NCBI GenBank assembly: GCA_963732355.1
Contig: CAVSZD010000010.1
Location: 50,505-114,504, forward strand
DNA from: an uncultured Actinomycetota bacterium
GTDB taxonomy: Bacteria; Actinomycetota; Actinomycetes; S36-B12; UBA10799
Direction: 5' to 3'
DNA length: 64,000 nt
Shown here: one piece after another, positions 47,890-57,214 of the stretch
How the letters are laid out: each line of letters begins with the position of its first letter
How positions within the stretch are numbered: the stretch's first letter is position 1
The notes under the pieces: generated by a model
What the model was told of the DNA's origin: nothing
Database searches by the model: none
Seen by the model: only the letters and a program-made list of their open reading frames with translations
Position numbers and translations under genes: made by a program

Positions 47890-48155
47890 TGGTGCCTCAC
47901 TTGTGATCGGGGGCTGGCAGGTGCCTGCTAGGACCGGTAGTACCGAGCGCGATCAGAATAGACCCGCAAAGCGGACAAGTGTGGGATTTGGCGCGCCCAT
48001 CAACTGCTGTCCTCGGCGCAGAGCGCGTCGGCGCATTCCACCCGTGACGCATTGTGTGGGTATCGAGCGCGGTCGTTTGGGCAAGGAGATCCTCGCCCTG
48101 AGCACTCACGCGGTCGCGACGCTCCATCGGTTGGCCGCGAGCAGCGTGTTGCCTG

Positions 48156-48188
48156 GGCGGGTGACGACCCTTGTCGGGGTCACCCGCC
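48156..48188 (-). terminator. stem-loop 28 nt downstream of the DUF4190 gene
   Basis: GGCGGGTGAC (48156-48165) and GTCACCCGCC (48179-48188) form a 10-bp perfect stem. No U-tract. Confidence 0.35.
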
Positions 48189-48215
48189 TATCTGCCATTA
48201 CGAATTGGCAGACGC

Positions 48216-48695
48216 TCAAGAACTTGTGCTGCCGACCGCGAAGATCAGTATCCACCCGAGCGCGAACAGCAGGGACAAGATGCCCAGAACGAGTCCGGTG
48301 GTGGCCATACCGGTGCCACGCCCCTGCGCCTTGAGACTCTTACGTCCCATGACTCCCAGGACTATCGCGGCGATGCCCAGTGGGATGGAAAGCAGCGCAC
48401 AGAAGATGCTCAAGAGAATGGAGAGAATGCCGGTCGCCAGAGCCCCGACGCTCTTGGCGTCCTGGGACGGCCCAGGCTGGTAGCCGACGGGCTGACCGGG
48501 GACCTGGCCGTAGACCGGCGGTGGGGGCGGCGGAGGTGTTGAGCCTGCTGGTGGGGGCGGCGGGGGAACCGATGAGGAGGGCGGTGGGGGTGGCGGCACC
48601 GACGACGACTGACCAGAGAGGTTCGGGTTTGCCGGACCCGAATCTGGTTTGTAGTCCGACCCGTCATCCCAGTCCTGGGGACCCTGATTGCTCAT
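48216..48695 (-). CDS. DUF4190-type membrane protein with proline-rich N-terminus
   Basis: The start is ATG 48695 (MSNQGPQDWDDG..). The N-terminus has SSVPPPPPPSSSVPPPPPPAGSTPPPPPPP. The two-helix block GILSILLSIF..GIAAIVLGVMGRK..GRGTGMATTGLVLGILSLL is typical of DUF4190. Confidence 0.7.
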   Translation of the reverse strand: MSNQGPQDWDDGSDYKPDSGPANPNLSGQSSSVPPPPPPSSSVPPPPPPAGSTPPPPPPPVYGQVPGQPVGYQPGPSQDAKSVGALATGILSILLSIFCALLSIPLGIAAIVLGVMGRKSLKAQGRGTGMATTGLVLGILSLLFALGWILIFAVGSTSS

Positions 48696-48778
48696 GGCTG
48701 AAACCCTAGTGGGCGAACCCGGGATTTGGCGATCAGGTGACCCGCGGCACATGGCTGTCTTCTCCGGTGCGACGTACA

Positions 48779-48805
48779 CTGGCACTCAGAGGCTTTGAGT
48801 GCTAA
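48779..48805 (+). promoter_or_regulatory. CIRCE operator (HrcA binding site)
   Basis: cTGGCACTC-AGAGGCTTT-GAGTGCTAA compares with the consensus TTAGCACTC-N9-GAGTGCTAA. The right half is perfect and the left half has 2 mismatches. It lies 22 nt upstream of the hrcA start. Confidence 0.85.
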
Positions 48806-48826
48806 TCGGGGCCGTGGCAGCGAAGG

Positions 48827-49846
48827 GTGAGCATGGACGACCGCAAGCTCGAGGTGCTGCGCGCGATCGTCGAGGACTACGTGGCCACCCGCGAACCGGT
48901 GGGTTCGAAGACCCTGGCTGAGCGCCACAACTTCGGTGTGAGCTCGGCAACCCTGCGCAACGACATGGCCACGCTGGAGGAGGAGGGCTACATCGTCGCC
49001 CCCCACACCAGTGCCGGAAGGGTTCCCACAGACAAGGGCTACAGGTTGTTCGTGGACCGCATCGCGCAGATCAAACCGCTGTCCCCTGCCGAACGCCGGG
49101 CCATCCACCAGTTCCTCGACACCGCGGTCGACCTTGACGACGTCATGAACCGCACTGTGAGGCTCTTGGCCCAATTGACCCATCAAGTGGCCCTGGTGCA
49201 GTACCCGACCCTGACCCGCAGTGGGGTCCGGCACGTGGAGATCGTCGGTCTGGCACCACGTCGGGTGCTGCTCGTGGTCATCGCTGACACCGGCCGGGTC
49301 GAGCAGCGCACCGTGGACAGCCCGATCGATGTCACCGACGAGGCGCTGCTGGACCTGCGGTCCCGCTTCAACCTCGCGGTGGTCGGCAAGTCCTTCACCG
49401 CGGTCGCAGAGGCGGTGGCGACCATCCCCGAGCAGACCCCCGCCGAGTACCGGCCGCTGGCGACCAGCGTGCTGGCGAGTCTTCTGGAAACCGTCGTCGA
49501 GCGCAGGGAGGACCGGATCGTGATGGGCGGCACCGCCAACCTGACCCGGTTCGGCGAGGACTACACGTTCACGGTAGGTCCTGTCCTCGAGGCGCTCGAG
49601 GAACATGTTGTACTGCTGCGGTTGTTGCAGGAGGTGGGACACCACGACGACCTCACCGTGCGGATCGGCTCAGAGAACGAGGTGGCAGGTTTGGCGACAT
49701 CGGCCGTTGTGACAACTGGTTACGGACCCCACTCTCAAAGCGTCGCTCATATCGGGGTGCTGGGCCCGACGCGCATGGATTACCCGGGCACGATGGGTTC
49801 GGTTCGGGCAGTCGCCCGGTACCTGGGCCGGATCCTGAGCCAATAG
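48827..49846 (+). CDS. hrcA: heat-inducible transcription repressor HrcA
   Basis: ..[65 protein letters not shown].. Start is GTG 48827 or ATG 48833. Confidence 0.9.
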   Translation: MSMDDRKLEVLRAIVEDYVATREPVGSKTLAERHNFGVSSATLRNDMATLEEEGYIVAPHTSAGRVPTDKGYRLFVDRIAQIKPLSPAERRAIHQFLDTAVDLDDVMNRTVRLLAQLTHQVALVQYPTLTRSGVRHVEIVGLAPRRVLLVVIADTGRVEQRTVDSPIDVTDEALLDLRSRFNLAVVGKSFTAVAEAVATIPEQTPAEYRPLATSVLASLLETVVERREDRIVMGGTANLTRFGEDYTFTVGPVLEALEEHVVLLRLLQEVGHHDDLTVRIGSENEVAGLATSAVVTTGYGPHSQSVAHIGVLGPTRMDYPGTMGSVRAVARYLGRILSQ

Positions 49847-49863
49847 GCGAGTAAGGAAAAAGG

Positions 49864-51003
49864 ATGGCAGCCGACTATTACCAGACCCTCGGGGTCGCTC
49901 GTGATGCGACACCGGAGGAGATCAAGCGCGCGTACCGCAAACTCGCCCGCGAACTGCACCCGGATGTCAATCCGGACCCCAGCACCCACGACCGCTTCAA
50001 GGACGTGACGGCTGCCTACGAGGTGTTGTCCGACGCGCGCAAGCGCCAGATGTACGACCTCGGACACGACCCGCGTGCCGGTGCCTCCGGGTCCGGTGGT
50101 GCCGGCTTCGGCACGGAGAACCTGTTCGAGGACCTGATGAACTCGTTCTTCGGTGGCGGCGGCGGTGGGGGCTCGCGAGGGCCGAAGCCGCGACAGCGAA
50201 GGGGACAGGACGCGCTGCTGCGCATCGAGCTGGATCTGGCCGAAGCGGTGTTCGGCACCGAGAAGGACATCACCGTCGACACGGCGGTGGGCTGTCCTAC
50301 CTGCCGGGGTGCCGGAACCGCCGAAGACGCGCATCTGAGCACCTGCCCGATGTGCCGGGGACGCGGCGAAGTGCAGAATGTCCAGCGCACCTTCCTGGGT
50401 CAGGTCATGACCTCGCGGGCGTGCCCACAGTGCCAGGGATACGGAAATCTCAACCCGTCGCCATGTCCGGAGTGTGCCGGGGACGGCCGGGTGCGCACCC
50501 GCGAGACTCTCAAGGTCGAGGTCCCGGCCGGTGTGGAAACGGGTACCCGACTGCTGTTGTCCGGCAAGGGCGAGGTCGGCCCAGGCAATGGACCGGCTGG
50601 TGACGTGTACGTCGAGATCATCCAGACGCCGCATCCTGTATTCGAGCGGCAAGGCAACGATCTGCACGTGCATCTCAGCATTCCCATGACCGCTGCGGCA
50701 CTGGGGACCGTGATCCCGCTGCAGACCCTGGACGGTGAGCAGAAGATCGACATCCGGTCGGGCACCCAGAGCGGGAATGTGCACACACTGCGGGGACTGG
50801 GAGCCTCGCGGCTGCAGCGCTCGGGTCGCGGCGACCTTCACGTCCACGTGGATGTGAAGACCCCGACCAAGCTCGACACCGAGCAGCGCGAACTGCTGGA
50901 GCGACTGGCGGTCCTACGCGATGAGGAGCATGTGGAGCCTGCCGTGACCGAACACCCGGTGGGCCTTTTCGGTCGCATCAAGGAGGCGTTCAGCGGCAAA
51001 TGA
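49864..51003 (+). CDS. dnaJ: molecular chaperone DnaJ
   Basis: J-domain DYYQTLGV..YRKLARELHPD, a G/F region, and four CxxCxG zinc-finger repeats (CPTCRGAG, CPMCRGRG, CPQCQGYG, CPECAGDG). Confidence 0.95.
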   Translation: MAADYYQTLGVARDATPEEIKRAYRKLARELHPDVNPDPSTHDRFKDVTAAYEVLSDARKRQMYDLGHDPRAGASGSGGAGFGTENLFEDLMNSFFGGGGGGGSRGPKPRQRRGQDALLRIELDLAEAVFGTEKDITVDTAVGCPTCRGAGTAEDAHLSTCPMCRGRGEVQNVQRTFLGQVMTSRACPQCQGYGNLNPSPCPECAGDGRVRTRETLKVEVPAGVETGTRLLLSGKGEVGPGNGPAGDVYVEIIQTPHPVFERQGNDLHVHLSIPMTAAALGTVIPLQTLDGEQKIDIRSGTQSGNVHTLRGLGASRLQRSGRGDLHVHVDVKTPTKLDTEQRELLERLAVLRDEEHVEPAVTEHPVGLFGRIKEAFSGK

Positions 51004-51725
51004 CCGCTCCTTTGTTCTACGCCGAGTCCGTGCCGGAATCGGGCCTGCTCACCATCGGCGGCGAGGAGGGCCGGCACGCGGTCTCAGTCATGCGAGTCAC
51101 CCCCGGGCAGACGGTCCTGGCCAGTGACGGCAACGGGGCGTTGGCTCGGTGCATGGTCGTGGGCGCGGAACGCGGACAGGGTCTGAGCGTCGAGATCCAG
51201 GCGTGTAGACAGGTCCCCGCACCGAGGCGGGTCGACGTATTGCAGGCCATCCCCAAGGGCGACCGCGCCGAGACTGCCGTAGAACTGATGACCGAGACCG
51301 GAGTCAGCCGCATCATCCCGTGGGCATCGGCGCGGACCGTCGCCGATTGGCGGGGCAAGGCCGAGGCCAAGACCGCGCGATGGCAGCGCATCGCCCATGC
51401 GGCGGGTAAGCAGTCAAGGCGTGCCCATCTGCCGACGATCGGCACTCTTGTCAGCGGCCAGCCGGCGCCCGAGGGGTCTGTGCTCGTCCTGCACGAGCAA
51501 GCCGACGACAGCCTGTTCACCTTCGAGATCCCGGACGGGGAATTGACGGTTGTCGTCGGGCCAGAGGGCGGGCTCACCGAGCAGGAGGTCCAAACGCTTG
51601 TGGACCACGGAGCGAGGCTAGTGAACCTGGGGCCGACGATCCTTCGCACCTCGACGGCGGGAGCGGCCGCATGTGTCTGGATAAGGGGTTTCGAGATACA
51701 GCGTGAGGCATGTCATGATCGCTGA
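51000..51725 (+). CDS. rsmE: 16S rRNA (uracil1498-N3)-methyltransferase
   Basis: An RsmE-type PUA-like N-terminus is followed by a SPOUT domain (..VVVGPEGGLTEQEV......LGPTILRTSTA). Confidence 0.8.
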   Translation: MTAPLFYAESVPESGLLTIGGEEGRHAVSVMRVTPGQTVLASDGNGALARCMVVGAERGQGLSVEIQACRQVPAPRRVDVLQAIPKGDRAETAVELMTETGVSRIIPWASARTVADWRGKAEAKTARWQRIAHAAGKQSRRAHLPTIGTLVSGQPAPEGSVLVLHEQADDSLFTFEIPDGELTVVVGPEGGLTEQEVQTLVDHGARLVNLGPTILRTSTAGAAACVWIRGFEIQREACHDR

Positions 51726-51726
51726 T

Positions 51727-52062
51727 ATGTCCTGTGTTTTCTGTGCCATCGCCAATGGTGAGATCCCAGCCGACCTGGTGGTCGAGACCGATAGTGTTGT
51801 GGCCTTCCGGGACTTGAACCCAGTGGCTCCCGTGCACGTGCTGGTCATCCCGCGTGTCCATCACAGCGATGTAGTGGCGCTGGCCGAAAGCCCGGCACTG
51901 ATGAGCGAGGTCATGGAAGTAGTGGCATCCGTTTCAGCCCAAGAGGATCTCGGTGAGGGCTTCCGGGTCGTCTTCAACACCGGAGGGTTGGGGGGCCAGG
52001 AAGTGGGGCATGTCCATGCCCACGTCATCGGTGGGAGGCAGATGCAATGGCCTCCCGGATGA
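51727..52062 (+). CDS. HIT (histidine triad) family protein
   Basis: CVFCAI..G.IPA at the N-terminus and the histidine triad GHVHAHVIGG. The start is probably ATG 51727, just after the rsmE stop. Confidence 0.85.
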   Translation: MSCVFCAIANGEIPADLVVETDSVVAFRDLNPVAPVHVLVIPRVHHSDVVALAESPALMSEVMEVVASVSAQEDLGEGFRVVFNTGGLGGQEVGHVHAHVIGGRQMQWPPG

Positions 52063-53042
52063 CCCAGCGCGCTTCGGCCGAGGCGGTCGTGTCCAGCACG
52101 ATCGTCGTGCCGAACACCCATCCGATGGTGGCCCTGCTGGGGGCCAACGACGAGAACCTGCGCCAGTTCGAACGCGACTTCCCAGAGGTCGATGTTCTGG
52201 TTCGTGGCAATGAGATCCATCTGAGCGGTGACGTGACCGAGATCGGTCTGGCCGAACAGGTGATCGCGGAGATGCTGTCCATCCTGCGCACGGGCCAGCC
52301 GCTGACCACGGACGCTATCGAGAGGTCTGTTGCCATGCTGCGCGCCGACCGCAGCCTGTCACCCTCGCAGTTGCTGACCGCGAACATCCTGTCCACCCGC
52401 GGCAAGGCGATCCGGGCCAAGACCCTGAACCAGAAGCGATACGTGGACGCGATCGATGCCAACACGATCGTGTTCGGGATCGGCCCGGCCGGTACGGGCA
52501 AGACCTACCTCGCCGTGGCCAAAGCTGTGCAAGCGCTGCAGAGCAAGGCGATCAACCGAATCATCCTGACCCGTCCGGCTGTCGAGGCCGGTGAGCGGCT
52601 GGGCTTCCTGCCAGGCACGCTGAGCGAGAAGATCGACCCCTATCTGCGGCCCCTTTACGACGCGCTGCACGACATGATCGACCCGGACCGGATCCCACAG
52701 CTCATGACCAGCGGCACGATTGAAGTTGCACCCCTGGCCTACATGCGCGGGCGGACGCTGAACGATGCGTTCATCATCTTGGACGAGGCACAGAACACCA
52801 CCGCCGAGCAGATGAAGATGTTCCTGACCCGACTGGGTTTCGGGTCGACGATGGTGGTCACCGGAGACGTCACGCAGGTCGATCTGCCGGGTGGGACCAG
52901 TAGTGGTCTGCGGGTGGTCCAGGGGATCCTCTCGGGTATCGACGACGTCGAGTTCTGCCAGTTGACCAGCGCCGACGTCGTGCGCCACAAACTGGTCGGC
53001 AGGATCGTCGACGCCTACGGACGTTACGAGCAGTCCCAATGA
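52047..53042 (+). CDS. phoH: PhoH-like ATPase
   Basis: Walker A GPAGTGKTYLA, ILDEAQN and VVTGD.TQ.DL are present. An alternative start, ATG 52059, makes an ATGA overlap with the HIT stop. Confidence 0.9.
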   Translation: MASRMTQRASAEAVVSSTIVVPNTHPMVALLGANDENLRQFERDFPEVDVLVRGNEIHLSGDVTEIGLAEQVIAEMLSILRTGQPLTTDAIERSVAMLRADRSLSPSQLLTANILSTRGKAIRAKTLNQKRYVDAIDANTIVFGIGPAGTGKTYLAVAKAVQALQSKAINRIILTRPAVEAGERLGFLPGTLSEKIDPYLRPLYDALHDMIDPDRIPQLMTSGTIEVAPLAYMRGRTLNDAFIILDEAQNTTAEQMKMFLTRLGFGSTMVVTGDVTQVDLPGGTSSGLRVVQGILSGIDDVEFCQLTSADVVRHKLVGRIVDAYGRYEQSQ

Positions 53043-53497
53043 GCATCGACGTCGTCAACGAGACCGAGACCGAGATCGACATAGAGTCAATGGGCGCCCA
53101 AGCGCGATTCCTGCTCGACCGATTGCGTATCCACCCCGGGGCTGAGCTCTCCGTCGTCTTCGTTGATGTGGCCACCATGACCGACCTGCATGTGCGCTGG
53201 ATGGACGAACCCGGGCCGACTGACGTCCTCAGTTTCCCGATGGACGAACTCACACCTCCTCGCGATGACGAACCGCCGCCAGTCGGTCTTCTCGGTGATG
53301 TGGTGATCTGTCCTGAGGTCGCCGCGAAGCAGGCGCAGGTTGCCGGTCACGACCTGCGCGTGGAACTCGGGGTTCTGCTCACCCATGGCGTTCTGCATCT
53401 GCTCGGCTATGACCACGCAGAGCCCGACGAAGAGCGCCTGATGTTCGGACTGCAGCGGCGACTGCTCGGCGAGTGGCAGACGGAGACATCGCACTGA
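53039..53497 (+). CDS. ybeY: rRNA maturation endoribonuclease YbeY
   Basis: Zinc motif HGVLHLLGYDH. ATGA overlap with phoH. Confidence 0.9.
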   Translation: MSIDVVNETETEIDIESMGAQARFLLDRLRIHPGAELSVVFVDVATMTDLHVRWMDEPGPTDVLSFPMDELTPPRDDEPPPVGLLGDVVICPEVAAKQAQVAGHDLRVELGVLLTHGVLHLLGYDHAEPDEERLMFGLQRRLLGEWQTETSH

Positions 53498-54798
53498 TGC
53501 AATACGGCGATGTCGTCCTGCAGGTGGTTGTGGCCCTCGTCCTCGTGATCCTGGCGGGCCTGCTGGTCGCGGCCGAGACCGCGATCACCCGGGTGTCCCG
53601 GCCCCGCGCCGAGGAACTGGTGGAGGCTGGCGTGCGGGGCTCGAAAGGCCTGCAGATCATCGTCGAGGACAGGCCCCGCTACGTCAACGTCCTGCTGTTC
53701 CTGCGGCTTCTCTGTTCAACCACCGCGATCGGCCTTGCCACGCTCATCGGTCTGGAGACCATCGACGGTCCCACATGGTGGCAGGTGGGTGCGCCGGTGC
53801 TGGTCATGCTGGTGGTCGGGTACGTCGTGTGGGGAGTGGCTCCGCGGACCCTGGCCCAGCAGCACGCCGAACCGGTCGCACTTGCCGCCTCGGGGCCGTC
53901 CCGGTTCCTGGCTGGTCTTCTCGGTCCCCTCACGAGTCTGCTCATTCTGATTGGAAATGCCATCACGCCGGGCAAGGGCTACCGGCAAGGGCCCTTCGTG
54001 AGCCAGGCCGAACTGCGCGAACTCCTCGACCAGGCAGGCGCTGATGCGGTCATCGCCGATGATGAGCGGCAGATGCTGCACTCGGTGTTCGAGCTCGGTG
54101 GCACGCTGGTGCGCGAGGTGATGGTTCCCCGAACAGAGATGGTCTGGATCGAACGCACAAAGACCCTGCGGCAAGCCCTTTCCCTGGGGTTGCGTTCCGG
54201 GTACTCCCGCATACCTGTGATCGGTGAGAACCTCGACGACATCGTCGGCGTGGTCTACCTCAAGGACATCGCGCGGCGCACATTCGAGCAGCGCAACGCG
54301 GAGAGCAAGGAGCGGGTCGACACCGTGATGCGGCAGGCCCACTTCGTGCCCGACAGCAAGCGCGCCGACGAGATGCTGCGCGAACTGCAGGCTGCCCGGG
54401 TGCACATGTCCATCGTCGTGGACGAGTATGGCGGGACTGCGGGCCTGGTGACGATCGAGGACATCCTCGAGGAGATCGTTGGCGAGATTGCTGACGAGTA
54501 CGACACGGCCGAGACCCCTGACGTGGAGAGGCTGGCCGGCGGCCGGTACCGGATCAGTGCCCGGTTGCCCGTTGACGATCTGGCCCAGTTGGTGCCCATC
54601 GGTGTGAGCAGTGAGGTCGACGACGTGGACACCGTCAGTGGCCTGCTGGCCCGACGCCTGGGGGTGGTTCCCATTCCGGGTTCACACGTGGACATCGATG
54701 GCTACCGGCTCACTGCTGAAAAGGCGGCGGGGCGGCGCAACCGGATCGGGACGGTTCTTGTTGAGAAGATGACCGAGCAATTGGAGTCCACCGAATGA
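53497..54798 (+). CDS. hemolysin-family protein (DUF21-CBS pair-CorC_HlyC; CorC/TlyC-like)
   Basis: The N-terminal polytopic DUF21 is followed by a CBS pair (VMVPRTEMVWIE.., ..HMSIVVDEYGGTAGLVTIEDILEEIVGEI.DE). The transporter-associated C-terminal domain is also present. ATG 53497 overlaps the ybeY stop. Confidence 0.85.
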   Translation: MQYGDVVLQVVVALVLVILAGLLVAAETAITRVSRPRAEELVEAGVRGSKGLQIIVEDRPRYVNVLLFLRLLCSTTAIGLATLIGLETIDGPTWWQVGAPVLVMLVVGYVVWGVAPRTLAQQHAEPVALAASGPSRFLAGLLGPLTSLLILIGNAITPGKGYRQGPFVSQAELRELLDQAGADAVIADDERQMLHSVFELGGTLVREVMVPRTEMVWIERTKTLRQALSLGLRSGYSRIPVIGENLDDIVGVVYLKDIARRTFEQRNAESKERVDTVMRQAHFVPDSKRADEMLRELQAARVHMSIVVDEYGGTAGLVTIEDILEEIVGEIADEYDTAETPDVERLAGGRYRISARLPVDDLAQLVPIGVSSEVDDVDTVSGLLARRLGVVPIPGSHVDIDGYRLTAEKAAGRRNRIGTVLVEKMTEQLESTE

Positions 54799-55115
54799 CA
54801 CCCGAGGATGAGAAGTTGCTGACGCTGGCCAGAGCCGCACGGGGTCGAACCGGGGCAGTGCAGGGGGCTGCCCTGCGCGACGAGACGGGCCGAAGTTACG
54901 CCGGGTCCACTGTCGCGCTGGACAACCTGCAGGTGAGCGCCTTGGACCTCGCCCTGGCGCAAGCGGTGTCATCGGGGGCACGGGGGGTTGAGGCGGCGGT
55001 CGTCGTCGGTGGTGAGTCACCGGACCTGCGAGCGGTCGGCGAGGTCGCAGTAGCGGGCGTGCCCGTCTGGCACTGTGATGCCCGCGGCAACCTGCTCGAG
55101 GAGTTGCACACATGA
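54795..55115 (+). CDS. small cytidine-deaminase-like protein lacking recognisable catalytic motifs
   Basis: 106 aa, translationally coupled on both sides (ATGA overlaps). It occupies the conserved slot between the CorC-like gene and era. The fold assignment comes from recollection of how orthologous slot proteins are annotated. No (H/C)AE or PCxxC motif is present. Confidence 0.4.
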   Translation: MTPEDEKLLTLARAARGRTGAVQGAALRDETGRSYAGSTVALDNLQVSALDLALAQAVSSGARGVEAAVVVGGESPDLRAVGEVAVAGVPVWHCDARGNLLEELHT

Positions 55116-56020
55116 GTCGCTCGGGGTTCGCGATCCTGGTAGGCCGGCCCAACGTGGGCAAGTCGACGCTGACCAATGCGCTGGTCGGTCAGCCTGTGGC
55201 TATCACCTCGTCGCGGCCGCAGACCACCAGGAACACGATTCGCGGTGTGCGCAACATCGGTGACGACCAGATCATCCTGGTCGACACCCCGGGGATCCAT
55301 CGGCCACGCACGTTGCTGGGCCGCCGGCTCAACGATCTCGTGCTGAACACCATTGCCGAAGTCGACGTGGTTGTCCTGTGCCTGCCGGCAGACCAGAAGA
55401 CCGGGCCGGGGGATGGGTTCATCGCCGAGCGCCTCGAAGCCCTGAAACGACAAAAGATAGTGATCGCACTGACCAAGAGCGATGTGGTCGGTCGTGATCA
55501 GCTGGCCGTGCGGCTGTCCGAGGCCGCGCAGTTCGCCAGCGATCGAGGCCTGGATGTCGAGCACTTCGTCCCGGTCTCGGGGATCAACGGCGACAACGTC
55601 GAGGAGTTGGCCAGCGTATTGGCCGAACTGATGCCCGATGGGCCACCGTTGTTCGGTGACCAGCTCAGCGACCAGCCGGAGTCGGTGGTGATCGCAGAAC
55701 TCATCCGCGAGTCGGCACTGGAGAGGCTGCGTGATGAGTTGCCGCACTCGGTGGCCGTGGACATCGAGGAGATGGCCTTACGCCAGACCCGCGACCCGTC
55801 CGACCCGATCATGGATATCTACGCGACGTTGTACGTCGAGCGGGACAGTCAGAAGCCGATCGTGCTGGGACGGCGGGGCGAACAGCTCAAGGCCATCGGC
55901 TCCCAGGCGCGCGGCAAGATCGAGGCATTGCTGGGCACCAGGGTCTACTTGGACCTGCACGTGAAGGTCGCCAAGGACTGGCAGAACAACCCGTCGCAGT
56001 TGCGGCGCCTGGGGTTCTGA
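55112..56020 (+). CDS. era: GTPase Era
   Basis: G1 GRPNVGKST, DTPG, TKSD, and a KH domain at the C-terminus (..VKVAKDWQNN). Confidence 0.95.
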   Translation: MSRSGFAILVGRPNVGKSTLTNALVGQPVAITSSRPQTTRNTIRGVRNIGDDQIILVDTPGIHRPRTLLGRRLNDLVLNTIAEVDVVVLCLPADQKTGPGDGFIAERLEALKRQKIVIALTKSDVVGRDQLAVRLSEAAQFASDRGLDVEHFVPVSGINGDNVEELASVLAELMPDGPPLFGDQLSDQPESVVIAELIRESALERLRDELPHSVAVDIEEMALRQTRDPSDPIMDIYATLYVERDSQKPIVLGRRGEQLKAIGSQARGKIEALLGTRVYLDLHVKVAKDWQNNPSQLRRLGF

Positions 56021-56025
56021 AGCCG

Positions 56026-57135
56026 CTAGTCGACTGTTTCGATCTCGGGGATCACCTCGTAGCGGCGGGTGTACGCCTGGGCGAACGCAATCACCGCCGC
56101 CGCCACTGGGATACCGATCAGTGCGCCGATAGGACCGAACAGGGCCGCACCGGCGATCACCGATCCGAAGGCGACCGCAGGATGGATGTCCATTGTGCGT
56201 GCGCTGATCTTCGGGGAGAAGAAGTAGTTCTCGATCTGTTGGTAGACCGTGGCGAAGATGATCACCCATATGGCATCCAACGGCTGGTCGGACAGCACCG
56301 CGATCAACGCCGGCAACGCGATTGCCAGATAGGTACCCACAGTCGGGATGAACTGGCTGATCAGACCCATCCACAGTGCCAGCGGCAACCAGTAATCCAG
56401 GCCGATGATTATGAAGAATATGGCCGAGAAGAAGGCTGAAATCGCAGCCAGTCCCAGCCGGGAGATGACGAATCCACCGGCCTTCTCCATGCTGATCTGC
56501 CAGAGGCTGTTGAACACCTCCTGACGGTGGGTGGGCAGCAGCGAGGCGATGTGGCGGCGCAGGCGGGGACCGTCTGCGGCGAAGTAGAACGCGAACAGCA
56601 GCAGGGTGAAGCCCTGGAAGATGACTCCGATCGCCGAACTCAGCACCCCCAGCACGCCGCCTGCGGCCTGGCCGGCGAACTTGCCGACGTCCTGTGGGCT
56701 CAGGTTCAACTGATCGATGATCGTCTGCGGATCGAGTCCGAGGTTGAACCGGGCGTTGAGCCAGTCGATCACGTTCTGGATGATGCTCGGGGCCGCCTGC
56801 GCAAGTGCAGTGACCTGGGAGGCGAAGAGCTGGCCGAAGGCCAGGAAGAAGATGATCGCGAACAAGAAGAGCACAAGGAACACAAACATCGTGCCCAGGC
56901 CCCGCGGCCACTTCCACCGTTCATGCAGCCGGGTCACGATCGGATCGATGGCGATCCCGAGCAGCCACGCCAGCAGGAGCAGGAAGAGGAAGTTGCCCAG
57001 CGCCTTCCATGCCCACATGAACACCATGAAGACGGCGAAAAGCGCAAGCACACCCACCGCGGACTTGCGGACCCAACCCGGGTCCAAGCGCACTCTTACC
57101 GTCGGGATCTGCTCGTCGACCTTCTCGTCTGGCAT
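56026..57135 (-). CDS. AI-2E family transporter (PerM/TqsA-like)
   Basis: A polytopic protein with the C-terminal block ..FSPKISARTMDIHPAVAFGSVIAGAALFGPIGALIGIPVAAAV.. The start is placed at ATG 57135 (MPDEKVDE..). Confidence 0.8.
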   Translation of the reverse strand: MPDEKVDEQIPTVRVRLDPGWVRKSAVGVLALFAVFMVFMWAWKALGNFLFLLLLAWLLGIAIDPIVTRLHERWKWPRGLGTMFVFLVLFLFAIIFFLAFGQLFASQVTALAQAAPSIIQNVIDWLNARFNLGLDPQTIIDQLNLSPQDVGKFAGQAAGGVLGVLSSAIGVIFQGFTLLLFAFYFAADGPRLRRHIASLLPTHRQEVFNSLWQISMEKAGGFVISRLGLAAISAFFSAIFFIIIGLDYWLPLALWMGLISQFIPTVGTYLAIALPALIAVLSDQPLDAIWVIIFATVYQQIENYFFSPKISARTMDIHPAVAFGSVIAGAALFGPIGALIGIPVAAAVIAFAQAYTRRYEVIPEIETVD

Positions 57136-57214
57136 GGCGCCCACCGTACCGCTCCATGCCGCAATTCCGGCGCGGGTGTGCAGGTGTTTCATCCCATGTG
57201 GGCCACAATGGAGC

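Noticed and set aside
47897-48127. A 76-aa minus-strand ORF containing CPLCG, considered as a small zinc-ribbon protein in the gap between the DUF4190 and RDD genes.
   Set aside because: It has only one CxxC pair and poor composition. The other frames are interrupted by stops, and it has no Shine-Dalgarno. The gap is more simply read as a terminator hairpin (48156-48188) plus the promoter and leader of the RDD gene.
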